Positions 19,044-29,885 of a stretch of DNA of 64,000 bases are shown in pieces (position 1 is the first letter of the stretch; the number at the start of each line of letters is the position of its first letter). The DNA comes from Flavobacteriales bacterium TMED84. GTDB taxonomy: Bacteria > Bacteroidota > Bacteroidia > Flavobacteriales > BACL11. The DNA is taken from NCBI GenBank assembly GCA_002172655.2, contig NHEL02000013.1, positions 18,572 to 82,571 on the forward strand, written 5' to 3'. The notes under the pieces were generated by a model. That model had not been told where the DNA came from and did not search any database. It saw only the letters and a list, made by a program, of their open reading frames with translations. Position numbers and translations under genes: made by a program.

Positions 19044-22000
19044 TTATCTAATAATTGTTACTGGTCCAGTAATGGGTTCATCTTGATTAGCCAAATCTAT
19101 TATGTAATAATAAGTACCAACAGGTAATTCATTACCATCTTTTGTTCCATCCCAAGGCGTAAACTGACTACCTCCATAAGTTTTATATACTTCCTCTCCC
19201 CATCTGTTATAAATTGTTATTACCGCCTGATCATATCTATTTGCAGTAATTCCCAAAATGTTCCATTTATCATTCTTCATGTCTCCGTTAGGACTTATTG
19301 CATCAAATGGTATAACTGAAAGTGCAACATATACAGAGTCATATCCTAAACAACCACTTGAATCTAGATTAAGATATATCCATTTATTTTTATCAACATT
19401 AGAAATTTGGACGTAAGACTCAGTAGTGGTTCCTTGATCCCATTGCCATTCATGAGATATTCCCAAGTTAGGATTTGAGGAAATAGTTATACTTTCATCA
19501 CTTACAACTGATAAAATATTCACAGCTTTATCTGGTGAAATTACATCGTCTGCTCTAAAAGAAATCTCACTATTTCTGCTAGCTATTTCAGATTTTATAT
19601 CTTCCACATTAATATTTACTTCTAATTCATAAGGATTGCATCCAGGCTCAGTTACACTTAATATATAATTGTGTAAGCCGGTTGCTGTTGGTTGTAAATT
19701 AACATCAGAAGTATTTGGGCCAGGAGTCCAATCATAAATAAAACCTGGTTTTTCCTCTACATCAACAGAAAGACTTTTACCTAAGCATAAAACAGTATCA
19801 ATCTTATCTAAATTGCCAGGAAGGAATATATTTTTAACACCATTAACAAAAGTGCTTCCACTGATTATACATCCGTTCTTATCAGAAATTTCAACATTAT
19901 ATAAACCAGCAGATAAATTATTTATTGAACTGATACCTATACCTTGAGTTATTGAACCTCCACTAGAGTTTGTCCAACTAAAGTCAAAAGGTTGAGTCCC
20001 CCCATTAACAAATGCTGTTGCGGTTCCATTATCTAACAAGCAAGTTTCGTCAGTGGAATCTACATTTAATGACAATGGATTTGAAGGTTGTGTTATAAAT
20101 ATTGAATTGGAAACTACACTACAGTTATTATTGTCTGTAACTGTAACAATGTAAATATCTGTATCTAAATTAATCGCAGTTTGAGTTGTTTGATTGCTTG
20201 GAGACCAATTATAATTATATGTTGGGGGAGTTCCTGGTGTAGGTGTTCCTCCAGTTACAACTACTGTAATCTCTCCATTAGCATCATCGAAACAACTTAC
20301 ATTTTTTTGAGTTGTTGACACAACTAATTGACTAGGTTGAGGTAAAAATATTTCAGTAGTATCCATACAGCCTTTGTTGTCTCTTACCACAACAACATAG
20401 CTGGCAGAACTTAAATTATTATTAATTGGATTATTGTTCCAGTTGTTCGCATTATTCCATAAGTACTGTTTCCCTCCATTTCCTCCTGTTGCACTTGCAG
20501 TTAGCCTACCATTACTACCTCCAAAGCATAAAATATCCGCTAAAACTGATGCCGATACAACAAGTTCCTCTGGCTGATTTAATGTGTAAGAAACTGTATC
20601 TTCACATCCTTGTGAGTCAGAAACGATACATGTGTATATTGAGTTGTTTGTATTGTTGTCAACACACAATCCAATCGCAGTTATGGTGTTTTGTGACAAT
20701 ACATCATCCCAGCTATATGTATAAATTGGATTACCATTACCATCAATATTTGGAATACCTCCACTAACATTTAAAGAAATAATTCCATCACAAAAGTCAA
20801 AGCAGGAAACATTACTCGTTAGTGAATTATTAATTGAAGCTGATAATGCTAAACTATTATCAATATTATATGAATCGACTGAGGTACAGTTATTTTCATC
20901 AACTACTGTAATGGTGTATGTACCTACAGATAAGTTGGATATTGAATATATACTGTCTCCTGTATTCCAAGAGTAAGCATATGATGTAGCTGTTCCGACA
21001 CCACCGCTAACAATATCAATTAAAGCTCCATTATTCCAACCATTGCAGCTAACATGAGTTGGTACAAATGAGTGAACAATTGGGTCCGGCTCATAGTAAA
21101 CTATGTCAGTGCTAAATACACAACCTCTTGAATCTTCAACTATAAATCTATATAGTCCTGCAGAAATAGAGTCGATGTGAGAGCTTGCTGAAGATTGAAT
21201 CGTATCTCCTGTTGCAATTTCAATGCAAGTTTTGATATATGGAGATACTCCACCAGAAATTGTAAAATCTGCATAACCTGAATTCTCTCCATTACATCTA
21301 ATTTGGTAATTGTTCCAATCAGATGTTGTAATTTGAACATTAAGCTGAGAGGGCTCGTCAATTATAATTAAATCTTGTGCTACACAACTATTCGCATCAA
21401 AAACCTCAATTGTATATGTGCCAGCACAGTAGTTATTGAAATATGCCATTGATGATTGTTGAAGGCCTCCGTTAACAGAATAAGTATATGGTTGTGTTCC
21501 ACCAATCGCATTTATAGACTGAATTGAACCATTACAGATAGAATAACATTCAATGTTAGTGTAGATTGTAGAATCAATATATAATGAATCTGGCTCATCG
21601 ATATTTACCGTATCTCTATCAACACACCCCCTTTGATCCTCAACATATAATATGTGATGTCCACTACTTACGTTTATGAAGCCTATGTTCGATTGAGAAC
21701 TAAAACCATTATCAATTGAATATAAGTAAGGAGCATCTCCTCCTGATGCAATTATTGCTATCGTCCCATTATTTGCTCCATAGCAGGTAATTGAGGATGT
21801 AATTGCAGAGTCTATTTCTATTGATTGAGATGGTCCTAGTATATTAACTGTATCATTAAAAACACATCCGTTAGTATCAGTTATTTGCAGATAATTTAAG
21901 CCAGCAAATAAGTCATTTACAGAGTTAGTAGTTTGACTATTGCTCCAAATATAACTAAAAGGAGGAGTACCCCCAGATGTAAGAGCATTAGCAAAACCGT

Positions 22001-25000
22001 CATTTCCTCCAATACATGTAACGGAATCTCTTATAAAAATATTACTTATTGGTTGTGGTTGCGAGACATTCACTGAACCTGCTCTTATACAACCATTGCC
22101 ATCGGTAACAGTTACAGTGTAATTTAATGAAGGAACATTGTTTATACTTGAAGTATTTGAACCATTACTCCAAAGGTAACTATAATTTGGTGTGCCACCG
22201 AAAGCAGTTAAACTAGCGCTTCCATCAGCACCGCCGTAACAACTTACAAGGCTTGAACTTGTTGAAAGATACAGACTATCTGGCTGTGTTATCAGTGCTG
22301 AAAAAGATGTGTCTGAGCAACCGTTAGTATCGGTAACGATAACATTGTAATTACCTGGTGAAAGATTGTTCGCAGTTATAGTGCTTTGGCTTAGAGGGTC
22401 ACTCCATGAGTAAGTAAAGGGAGTAGTACCTCCGGTATGAAATACAGTTAATTTTCCGTTTGCACTATCATAACACGAAACATTTTCCTCAATAATATTA
22501 TTAATAGATAGTAAGTCTGGCTCATTTACATAAATTGAGTCACTATCAGTACAACCTTGTGCATCAACAACAGTTATGAAATAAGATGCTTGACCAGATG
22601 GACCAAAAGGTGTGCCAGATGGGACAAAAGTATTACCCCCATCAGAACTATATTGATATGGTAATGTTCCACCAAAAGCAGAAGTATAAATTATCCCATC
22701 ATTTGCTCCAAAACAAGAAACATTTTGAACTAATACATCAAGTTGAGGATTTTGACCAGAAAGAATTTCAGCTGAATCTGTTAGTAAACATCCGTTATTA
22801 TCAGTAACATTAAGCACATATAAATCTGGCATTAAAAAAGATAATTGATTAGAGGTTTCACCATTGCTCCATGAATAGCTGTAGCCTGGAGTTCCTCCCG
22901 AAATGGTTACATTTAGTTCACCAGTTGCCAAAGTCTGAGCTCCAGTACAAGTGGCATGATTAGTAATACTTATTGAACTTTGTAAAATTGTTGGTTCAGA
23001 CACTGTAAGAGTATCAGCTGCTGGAGACGATATGCAACCATTAGCGTCAGTTATAGAAATAATATAATCTCCCGCAGTTAATCCATTTATTGAAGAAGTT
23101 GTTGAACCATTGTCCCAAAAATAGTTAAATGGAGGTGTCCCGCCTGTAACAGAATCAATACTCAATGATCCATCACTACCTGCAAAACAACTTACATCAA
23201 AAACTGAGGTATAAAAGTTTACTTCATCAGGCTGATTGATTGTAACATTTAAGCTGTCTGCACACCCGTTAGCATCTTCAGTAAATATAATATAGTTGCC
23301 AGCATAAAGTCCACTAAAAACATTAGATGCTTGCGGTGTAGGAAATGCATTTGGGATATAATACAGGTAAGTGTTAGAGCCTGTACCACCTGTCGCATTC
23401 AAAGTTATTCCACTAGACTGATCGCCGAAGCAATTAACACTTAGTGCTGAACTTAAAGAATCTAGTTGTAAATCAACATAAACACTACTGGGAATTAAAA
23501 CAGAATCAGTAACTAGACAGCCTGATCCATCGATGACAGATACAGAATAATAGCCTGGTGATAATCCTGATATAGTGTTTGAAGTTGATCCGTTAAACCA
23601 AATTACTTGATAAGGTGGGGTTCCATCAGGTATAACAGTTGCTGAACCATTATTTAATCCGTTACATGGTGGTACGCTATCAAAAGACAGTGTAATATCT
23701 GCCTCAGCAACAAAGACATCTTCTGTAAAATTACACCCATTAATATCTGTAACAGTAGCATTGTAAGTCCCCGTTTCTAAGTTAATGGCAGAAGATGTAA
23801 TTTGTGTATTTGGGTCGTCCCATAGATATGCTAAGGTGCCGATTCCTCCCTGAGTAACATTAATTGAAGCTTGTCCGTTAGATAAATTACATGTCTCACC
23901 TATTGAATCAACAGAGTAAACCCATTGCTGCGGTTCAGTTAGGTTTACGTCCACGCTGTCAATACAACCATTATCATCAATAGCTATTAAATTGTATGAA
24001 GCATTGGATATCTGACCACAAAGACCAGAGAAAATTGGAGCAGTTTGAGTGACAGATCCAGAAAGTGAATAACTCACCACTCCAACTCCATTAGATTGAG
24101 CTATTGATATTGATCCATCACAAGAACCATAGCATGAAACATTAACTCCATTATAATTTGAAGTTGAGGTGTATTGAACATCAAATTGATTGGGTTCTGT
24201 GATTACAACAGTTGTATCAGATGTACATCCAACAATATCTCTAACTGTTACCACATAATTTCCTGAGGTTAGGTTGTTGTAAATCAGAGAATTTGAATAT
24301 GATGCTCCACCATTAATTGAGTAATCATAGTTGGGTGTACCACCAGAAGGAGCGAAAATAATAATCTCTGCATCATCAGCCCCATGACATGAGACACCAA
24401 ATCCATTAAAATCAGATGAAGTGACATTAAATAAAATTTCAGTTGGCTCAGAAAGAAAAATATTGGAAGTAAATGTACATCCATTGACATCTTTAACAAT
24501 TATGCTATAATTGGTTCCACCACACAATGACGAGAAAGTATTGGAGTTTTGAAAACTTAAACCTCCATCAATTGAATAAGTATACGGAGCTGTTCCTGAT
24601 TGAATATTATCGACAATAAATTGTAGTGATCCATCACAAGCACTATAGCATGTCACAGATTGGTTTATAGAAATTGCTCCAGATAAAGTTGGTGGATCAT
24701 TGATTGTTATATTTTCAGAGGCTAAACAGTTATTTGCATCTTTGTAATATACAGTGTAGACACCGGAACTTAAACCAGAAAAAACAGGATCTGAAGTATA
24801 TGAAGATCCATCTAAAGAATATTGATAGGGAGCAGTACCACCGCTAGCTACTGCCGTTATTTCTCCATCACTTGCTCCGTAGCAACTCACATTTCTTCCA
24901 TTATAATTTGATGAAATTACCGCAGAAACTGATAATTGAGCCGGCTGACCGATACTAAAAGAGCCTGCTGATGGTGTAGTTAAACAACCATTAACATCTG

Positions 25001-25640
25001 AGACAGAATAGGTATATGTACCTGTACATAAACCTTGGTATGTCGTGTCAATTGAAAAAGCATCTAATATGTTGTACTGATTTAACAGGCCAGGACCAGT
25101 TATTGTAATATTATAAGGAGGAGTTCCACCTAAAATACTTATATTTTGAGCAGCATTACAATCTCCAAAACATCCGTTAAAAGCTGTTTGTAAAGTGGAG
25201 AGTGAAAGAACTGGAACACCTAAAACAGTATAATCTTGAAATCCAAGAATTGCTGGGTTTGTAGGGTTAACAAGCTGTGAGTTTGGCACAAAAGGATTTG
25301 TTGAACCAGGAAGCGGAGGAAACGCACTCCAAAAAGAGACTGAATCAACCATAAGCATTCTGTAGTTTGTTGCTGTCATACCTGAAAATGGCTGTGTGGT
25401 ACCTGTTGTAACAGCAGAAGATCCGTATGAAACTAAAAATGTTGGTGTTGCAAACCTGTAATTCATTAATTTAATAGGAGTTGCTGGAGAGGTTTGAGTT
25501 ATGTAAACATTTACAGTTGCTAAATCACCGTAGCATAAAATTGGTACTGTTGTTGAAACTGAATCAATTGTTTGTGATTTGGAATTATGCGAGAAAAATA
25601 CAGTGAATAAAATGGATATAAAAATTATAAACTTCTTCAT
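19044..25640 (-). CDS. Giant cell-surface protein with over 20 SprB-type repeats and a gliding motility-associated (T9SS type B) C-terminal domain
   Basis: 2198 aa with a signal peptide. There are about 23 repeats of the pattern V-x-C-[YF]-G-x-x-[DN]-G-x-[IL]...GG-T-x-P-Y-x-Y-x-W. The C-terminus (FDAISPNGDMKNDKWNILGI...ITIYNRWGEEVY...WDGT.DGNELPVGTYYYIIDL) matches the type-B CTD. Confidence 0.88.
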   Translation of the reverse strand: MKKFIIFISILFTVFFSHNSKSQTIDSVSTTVPILCYGDLATVNVYITQTSPATPIKLMNYRFATPTFLVSYGSSAVTTGTTQPFSGMTATNYRMLMVDSVSFWSAFPPLPGSTNPFVPNSQLVNPTNPAILGFQDYTVLGVPVLSLSTLQTAFNGCFGDCNAAQNISILGGTPPYNITITGPGLLNQYNILDAFSIDTTYQGLCTGTYTYSVSDVNGCLTTPSAGSFSIGQPAQLSVSAVISSNYNGRNVSCYGASDGEITAVASGGTAPYQYSLDGSSYTSDPVFSGLSSGVYTVYYKDANNCLASENITINDPPTLSGAISINQSVTCYSACDGSLQFIVDNIQSGTAPYTYSIDGGLSFQNSNTFSSLCGGTNYSIIVKDVNGCTFTSNIFLSEPTEILFNVTSSDFNGFGVSCHGADDAEIIIFAPSGGTPNYDYSINGGASYSNSLIYNNLTSGNYVVTVRDIVGCTSDTTVVITEPNQFDVQYTSTSNYNGVNVSCYGSCDGSISIAQSNGVGVVSYSLSGSVTQTAPIFSGLCGQISNASYNLIAIDDNGCIDSVDVNLTEPQQWVYSVDSIGETCNLSNGQASINVTQGGIGTLAYLWDDPNTQITSSAINLETGTYNATVTDINGCNFTEDVFVAEADITLSFDSVPPCNGLNNGSATVIPDGTPPYQVIWFNGSTSNTISGLSPGYYSVSVIDGSGCLVTDSVLIPSSVYVDLQLDSLSSALSVNCFGDQSSGITLNATGGTGSNTYLYYIPNAFPTPQASNVFSGLYAGNYIIFTEDANGCADSLNVTINQPDEVNFYTSVFDVSCFAGSDGSLSIDSVTGGTPPFNYFWDNGSTTSSINGLTAGDYIISITDANGCISSPAADTLTVSEPTILQSSISITNHATCTGAQTLATGELNVTISGGTPGYSYSWSNGETSNQLSFLMPDLYVLNVTDNNGCLLTDSAEILSGQNPQLDVLVQNVSCFGANDGIIYTSAFGGTLPYQYSSDGGNTFVPSGTPFGPSGQASYFITVVDAQGCTDSDSIYVNEPDLLSINNIIEENVSCYDSANGKLTVFHTGGTTPFTYSWSDPLSQSTITANNLSPGNYNVIVTDTNGCSDTSFSALITQPDSLYLSTSSSLVSCYGGADGSASLTAFGGTPNYSYLWSNGSNTSSINNVPSLNYTVTVTDGNGCIRAGSVNVSQPQPISNIFIRDSVTCIGGNDGFANALTSGGTPPFSYIWSNSQTTNSVNDLFAGLNYLQITDTNGCVFNDTVNILGPSQSIEIDSAITSSITCYGANNGTIAIIASGGDAPYLYSIDNGFSSQSNIGFINVSSGHHILYVEDQRGCVDRDTVNIDEPDSLYIDSTIYTNIECYSICNGSIQSINAIGGTQPYTYSVNGGLQQSSMAYFNNYCAGTYTIEVFDANSCVAQDLIIIDEPSQLNVQITTSDWNNYQIRCNGENSGYADFTISGGVSPYIKTCIEIATGDTIQSSASSHIDSISAGLYRFIVEDSRGCVFSTDIVYYEPDPIVHSFVPTHVSCNGWNNGALIDIVSGGVGTATSYAYSWNTGDSIYSISNLSVGTYTITVVDENNCTSVDSYNIDNSLALSASINNSLTSNVSCFDFCDGIISLNVSGGIPNIDGNGNPIYTYSWDDVLSQNTITAIGLCVDNNTNNSIYTCIVSDSQGCEDTVSYTLNQPEELVVSASVLADILCFGGSNGRLTASATGGNGGKQYLWNNANNWNNNPINNNLSSASYVVVVRDNKGCMDTTEIFLPQPSQLVVSTTQKNVSCFDDANGEITVVVTGGTPTPGTPPTYNYNWSPSNQTTQTAINLDTDIYIVTVTDNNNCSVVSNSIFITQPSNPLSLNVDSTDETCLLDNGTATAFVNGGTQPFDFSWTNSSGGSITQGIGISSINNLSAGLYNVEISDKNGCIISGSTFVNGVKNIFLPGNLDKIDTVLCLGKSLSVDVEEKPGFIYDWTPGPNTSDVNLQPTATGLHNYILSVTEPGCNPYELEVNINVEDIKSEIASRNSEISFRADDVISPDKAVNILSVVSDESITISSNPNLGISHEWQWDQGTTTESYVQISNVDKNKWIYLNLDSSGCLGYDSVYVALSVIPFDAISPNGDMKNDKWNILGITANRYDQAVITIYNRWGEEVYKTYGGSQFTPWDGTKDGNELPVGTYYYIIDLANQDEPITGPVTIIR

Positions 25641-25767
25641 ATTGATGCTTGATTATCTAAATTATGATTGCAAGATACAAATATTTGTAGTTTTTAATGT
25701 AATGAATACCCTAAATCCTTGACTATGGAACCATTTAAATTGGATATGTTTTAATCTTCAGTTCTGA

Positions 25768-26352
25768 TTATGAATAATAAGGGGCGATCATTAAGTAAAC
25801 AATAACACCTGTTACCGTAACATACAGCCATATTGGAAATGTGATTCTAGCTATCTTTTTGTGTGAAGGAAAAGCTTTTTGAAAGGCTCTTACATAACTA
25901 ATCAAGACAAGAGGAATTAATATAATCGAAAGTAATATGTGTGATATTAAAATAAAATAATAAGTATATTTTATCAAACCTGAACCTCCAAATGGAGTTG
26001 GATCAGTTGTTATGTGATAAGCAATATACATTACAAGAAAAGATAAAGATAATGCTATTGATAATTTCATTAAACTTTCATGCAATTTAACTTTCTTTCT
26101 CCTTATTGCAATGTAAGCAAAAACAAGAAGTATTGCAGTAACTGCGTTCGTACTGGAGTAAACTGGAGGCAAACTTTTAAGTGGTTTGGCAATAGGTAAA
26201 TTTTCAATTAATGTTATTGGTTCAGAATTTGGCGCTCTTAAGTCAAATACTAATTTATCTGCATCCCATTTGAGGAAAAGTAGAAGTGCTACAACTAAAG
26301 GTATTAATACTGAAACACCAGTTATTAATTTATTATATTTTTTTTGATTCAT
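25768..26352 (-). CDS. DUF420-family membrane protein, associated with the heme-copper oxidase context
   Basis: 194 aa with 4-5 TM helices. It overlaps the cyoE stop by 4 nt. The family assignment is by recollection of typical layout, not by search. Confidence 0.55.
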   Translation of the reverse strand: MNQKKYNKLITGVSVLIPLVVALLLFLKWDADKLVFDLRAPNSEPITLIENLPIAKPLKSLPPVYSSTNAVTAILLVFAYIAIRRKKVKLHESLMKLSIALSLSFLVMYIAYHITTDPTPFGGSGLIKYTYYFILISHILLSIILIPLVLISYVRAFQKAFPSHKKIARITFPIWLYVTVTGVIVYLMIAPYYS

Positions 26353-27213
26353 TGTAATAAAAATTTGTCGATAACATATAAAATTTGAACAATCGGCAGA
26401 TAAATATACGAAAACAATAGCACTTTTTTTGCTGAAGAATCATTCTGACTATTTAAAAACTTAAAAGATTTTAAGAGAAAAAATAAACCCAAAAAAATTA
26501 TCAATAAAAAAGCATATTTACTTATTTCAAAGTACATTATCTCATAGAAGAAAGGAATAATAGAGGTAACAATCATCAAAATTGTAAATATAACTGAAAG
26601 TATTGGAGCAAAATTACTTTTATTTTTACCCGGCATCATTTTAAATTTTGCATTTTTATACTCCTCATCTCTTATCCACGAAATTGCAATAAAGTGAGGA
26701 AATTGCCAAAAAAATTGTACCGCAAAAAGAACTCCGGAGGCTAAGCTGAAATCATTTACAGCAGCTACCCAACCTAACAAACACGGCATGGCTCCAGGTA
26801 TGGCCCCAAAAAAAAATTGCTACTGAAGACTTTCTTTTTAAAGGAGTATAAATATAAATGTAAAATAAGAAAGATAATAGACCAAGATAGAAACATTTAA
26901 AGCTAATAGTATTTAGCAAGATAAAGCCTGAAATTGAGATTATTGTTGAAAATAAAATTGCATTATTTAAAGAAATTTTCTGTGCTGGTATAGGTCTTTT
27001 GCTTGTTCTTGTCATTAAAGAATCATATTCTCTTTCAATAATCTGATTAAAAGAGTTTGCCCCCGCTGTGACAAAAAATCCGCCGAAAAATAAAAGTGAC
27101 AGGTTGAAATAGTTTACTGAATCTATGGCCAAAAAATATCCAGTGATTGCTGAGAATAGGACAGTAAGTGATAATCTGAACTTAGTAAGTTCTTTAAATA
27201 TTTTGAAACTCAT
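26349..27213 (-). CDS. cyoE: Protoheme IX farnesyltransferase (heme O synthase), frameshifted as assembled (one extra T in the mRNA-sense T9 run, + strand A9 at 26808-26816)
   Basis: The N-terminal ORF has UbiA-type motifs (GANSFNQIIEREYDSLMTRTSKRPIP). Removing one base of the run gives ...SSVAIFFGAIPGAMPCLLGWVAAVNDF..., joining seamlessly to ORF 26349..26789 (FFWQFPHFIAISW). Confidence 0.85.
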
Positions 27214-27624
27214 TTAACAATGAGACTCGAAAGCAGATTTTAGATTTTCACTTATTAATTTAGCATCTCTGCCCTCAATATGATGTCTTTCAATCATATG
27301 GACAACTTTACCATCCTTCAACAATGCTATTGATGGTGATGAAGCTGGATAAGGAAGCATAAACTCTCTGGCTTTTGCGGTTGCTTCAGAGTCTTGACCA
27401 GCAAATACTGTTGCAAAATTGTCAGGCTTTGGATTAAGTTTAGTTGCCATTATCGCTGCTGGCCTTGCATTTCCAGCAGCACAACCACAGACGGAATTTA
27501 CCATCAATAAAATCGTCCCATCTTGGCTCATTAAATTTGTTACCTCTTCAGAGGTTTTTAGTTCTTTATAGCCAGCTGAAGTTAGCTCTAACCTCATTGG
27601 TGTACATAATTGTTCAGGATACAT
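27214..27624 (-). CDS. BrxA/BrxB-family bacilliredoxin (DUF1094)
   Basis: 136 aa. It matches the family end to end (MYPEQLCTPMR.ELT, VNSVCGCAAGNARPAA with the CGC redox motif, SSPSIALLKDGKVVHMIERHHIEGR). Confidence 0.8.
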   Translation of the reverse strand: MYPEQLCTPMRLELTSAGYKELKTSEEVTNLMSQDGTILLMVNSVCGCAAGNARPAAIMATKLNPKPDNFATVFAGQDSEATAKAREFMLPYPASSPSIALLKDGKVVHMIERHHIEGRDAKLISENLKSAFESHC

Positions 27625-27651
27625 ATTTTTTTTTGCGCAAAAATAAACTTA

Positions 27652-28098
27652 TTATCGTTTAGTTTTAAAAAAATCTTTTAACATTTGACTACACTCATTT
27701 TCATAAATGCCTTTTTTTACTTTAGTGCTAGGGTGAAGAATGTGAGGGTTTAAAGTTAAAAAACCTTTCTTTTTATCAGATGCTCCAAAAATAATTTCAC
27801 TGATTCTGACCCAATAAGAAGCTCCAGCGCACATTACACATGGTTCCAAAGTAACAAATAGTCTGCAATCGTTTAAGTATTTGCTTGAGAGATAATTACT
27901 AGCACTTGTAAAAGCTTGCATTTCTGCGTGAGCAGTAGCATCATTTAATGACTCGCATAAATTATGAGCCCTAGCTATAATTTGATTTTGACATACAATT
28001 ATAGCTCCAATTGGAACTTCATCTTTTTTCATTGCTTTTTTTGCTTCTTCAATTGCTTGTCTCATGAAGAACTCATCACTAAAAACATTAAAATCCAT
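27652..28098 (-). CDS. tadA: tRNA adenosine(34) deaminase
   Basis: 148 aa with CMP/dCMP deaminase zinc motifs (HAEMQA and PCVMCAGA). Confidence 0.9.
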   Translation of the reverse strand: MDFNVFSDEFFMRQAIEEAKKAMKKDEVPIGAIIVCQNQIIARAHNLCESLNDATAHAEMQAFTSASNYLSSKYLNDCRLFVTLEPCVMCAGASYWVRISEIIFGASDKKKGFLTLNPHILHPSTKVKKGIYENECSQMLKDFFKTKR

Positions 28099-28124
28099 TT
28101 TACAAATATACGCTATGATTTTAT

Positions 28125-28132
28125 TAAGTTTG
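28125..28132 (+). promoter_or_regulatory. Candidate -7 promoter box (TAagTTTG) for aspS
   Basis: Exact TAnnTTTG match 10 nt upstream of the GTG start at 28143. Confidence 0.4.
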
Positions 28133-28142
28133 TCAAAAAAAA

Positions 28143-29885
28143 GTGTTTAGAAACTTTAATTGTGGAGAATTAAATCTTGAAAAAGTTGGAACCATTGTCA
28201 CTTTAAGCGGATGGGTTCAAAAATCAAGAAATCTTGGTAACGTTTTGTTCATAGATCTCAGAGATAGGTACGGGATTACTCAGCTAAAATTTGAACAAAA
28301 TAACATCCAACTTTTTGATGAAGCTCAAAGTCTTGGAAGAGAATATGTACTTAAAATTGTTGGAAAAGTTGTTGAAAGAGAAAGTAAAAATAAAAACATA
28401 AAAACTGGAGAGATTGAGGTTTTAGTTGATAAGCTCAATATTCTTAACCCCTCTAAAACACCACCTTTTACAATTGAAGATAAAACTGATGGTGGAGAGG
28501 AGTTGAGAATGAAATATAGATACTTAGATATCAGAAGAAATAAAATCAGAGACAACTTAATTTTAAGACACAAAATCAGCTCAGAGGCTAGAAATTACTT
28601 GAACAGCATAGGATTTATAGACGTAGAAACACCATATTTAATTAAATCAACTCCTGAGGGAGCTAGAGATTTCATTGTCCCCTCTAGAATGAACTCCGGT
28701 AAATTTTATGCTCTACCGCAATCACCACAAACATTTAAACAACTTTTAATGGTTGCTGGAATCGACAAATATTATCAAATAGTCAAGTGCTTTAGAGATG
28801 AAGATCTAAGAGCTGACAGGCAACCTGAATTTACTCAAATTGATTGTGAAATGTCCTTTGTTAATCAAAGTCAAGTTTTAGAAACTTTTGAAGGCCTAAT
28901 CAAAGATTTAATTTTTAAAATTAAAAATTTAAAATTAGAAGATTTTAAACAAATTACGTACGAAGAATCAATTTCAAAATACGGAACAGATAAACCTGAT
29001 TTAAGATACGATTTAGAAATTATCAATTTGTCAGATACCATTGCAGACACAGAATTTTTTAATTTTTTCAAATATGAATTTACTGCTGGAATCAAAATTG
29101 AATCAGGATCATCAATTTCAAGAAAACAAATAGATAGTTTTAGTAATTATATAAAACAAAAAGAAGTTGGAGGTGACAAACTATTTAACATTAAAATCAA
29201 TGAGGATGGTGTTATAAAATCATCGGTAGATAAATTTTTATCAGAAAAAGACAAGTATTCTCTAGCTTCTGACTTAAACCTTAATAAAGGTGACATGGCT
29301 TTTTTTATGTCAGGAGAAAGAAAAAATATACTAAGTGTCTTGGGTAAATTAAGGATTTTTTTAGCCAAAAGTTTAGATCTAATTAATAAAAATAAGTTTG
29401 TGCCACTTTGGGTTATTGACTTTCCATTATTTGAGTGGGACGATGAAAATAAAAGGTACTCTGCTATGCATCATCCATTTACAGCACCTAAAAAAGATGA
29501 CATTAAAAAATTAAGCTCTAATCCTCTACAAGTGAAAGCTAACGCATACGATCTTGTACTCAATGGTAGTGAAATTGGAGGTGGAAGTATAAGAATACAC
29601 AATAAAGAACTTCAGAACCAAATTTTTTCTTTTCTTGGATTCACTGAAAAAGAAGCATCAAAACAATTTGGTTTTTTAATGAATGCATTTGAATATGGAG
29701 CTCCCCCTCACGGCGGAATTGCATTTGGCCTTGATAGATTATGTGCTGTAATAAACGGTGATGAAAGTATTAGAGATTACATTGCATTTCCGAAGAATAA
29801 CAGCGGAAAAGATATTATGATTGAATCTCCGTCAATAATTGATAAAAACATCATTGAAGATTTGAATTTGGATATTAGTTTATGA
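28143..29885 (+). CDS. aspS: Aspartate--tRNA ligase
   Basis: 580 aa with an OB anticodon-binding N-terminus and class II motifs (FRDEDLRADRQPEFTQID, GGGSIRIH, GIAFGLDRL). Confidence 0.94.
   Translation: MFRNFNCGELNLEKVGTIVTLSGWVQKSRNLGNVLFIDLRDRYGITQLKFEQNNIQLFDEAQSLGREYVLKIVGKVVERESKNKNIKTGEIEVLVDKLNILNPSKTPPFTIEDKTDGGEELRMKYRYLDIRRNKIRDNLILRHKISSEARNYLNSIGFIDVETPYLIKSTPEGARDFIVPSRMNSGKFYALPQSPQTFKQLLMVAGIDKYYQIVKCFRDEDLRADRQPEFTQIDCEMSFVNQSQVLETFEGLIKDLIFKIKNLKLEDFKQITYEESISKYGTDKPDLRYDLEIINLSDTIADTEFFNFFKYEFTAGIKIESGSSISRKQIDSFSNYIKQKEVGGDKLFNIKINEDGVIKSSVDKFLSEKDKYSLASDLNLNKGDMAFFMSGERKNILSVLGKLRIFLAKSLDLINKNKFVPLWVIDFPLFEWDDENKRYSAMHHPFTAPKKDDIKKLSSNPLQVKANAYDLVLNGSEIGGGSIRIHNKELQNQIFSFLGFTEKEASKQFGFLMNAFEYGAPPHGGIAFGLDRLCAVINGDESIRDYIAFPKNNSGKDIMIESPSIIDKNIIEDLNLDISL

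Noticed and set aside
19044-25640. ORF-track entries on the opposite strand or other frames inside the giant adhesin gene (20426..20767, 21140..21361, 22586..22807, 24284..24499).
   Set aside because: They are short and lie entirely within a 6.6-kb ORF with clear repeat and CTD architecture. Their composition is low-complexity or skewed with no motifs. They are shadow ORFs.
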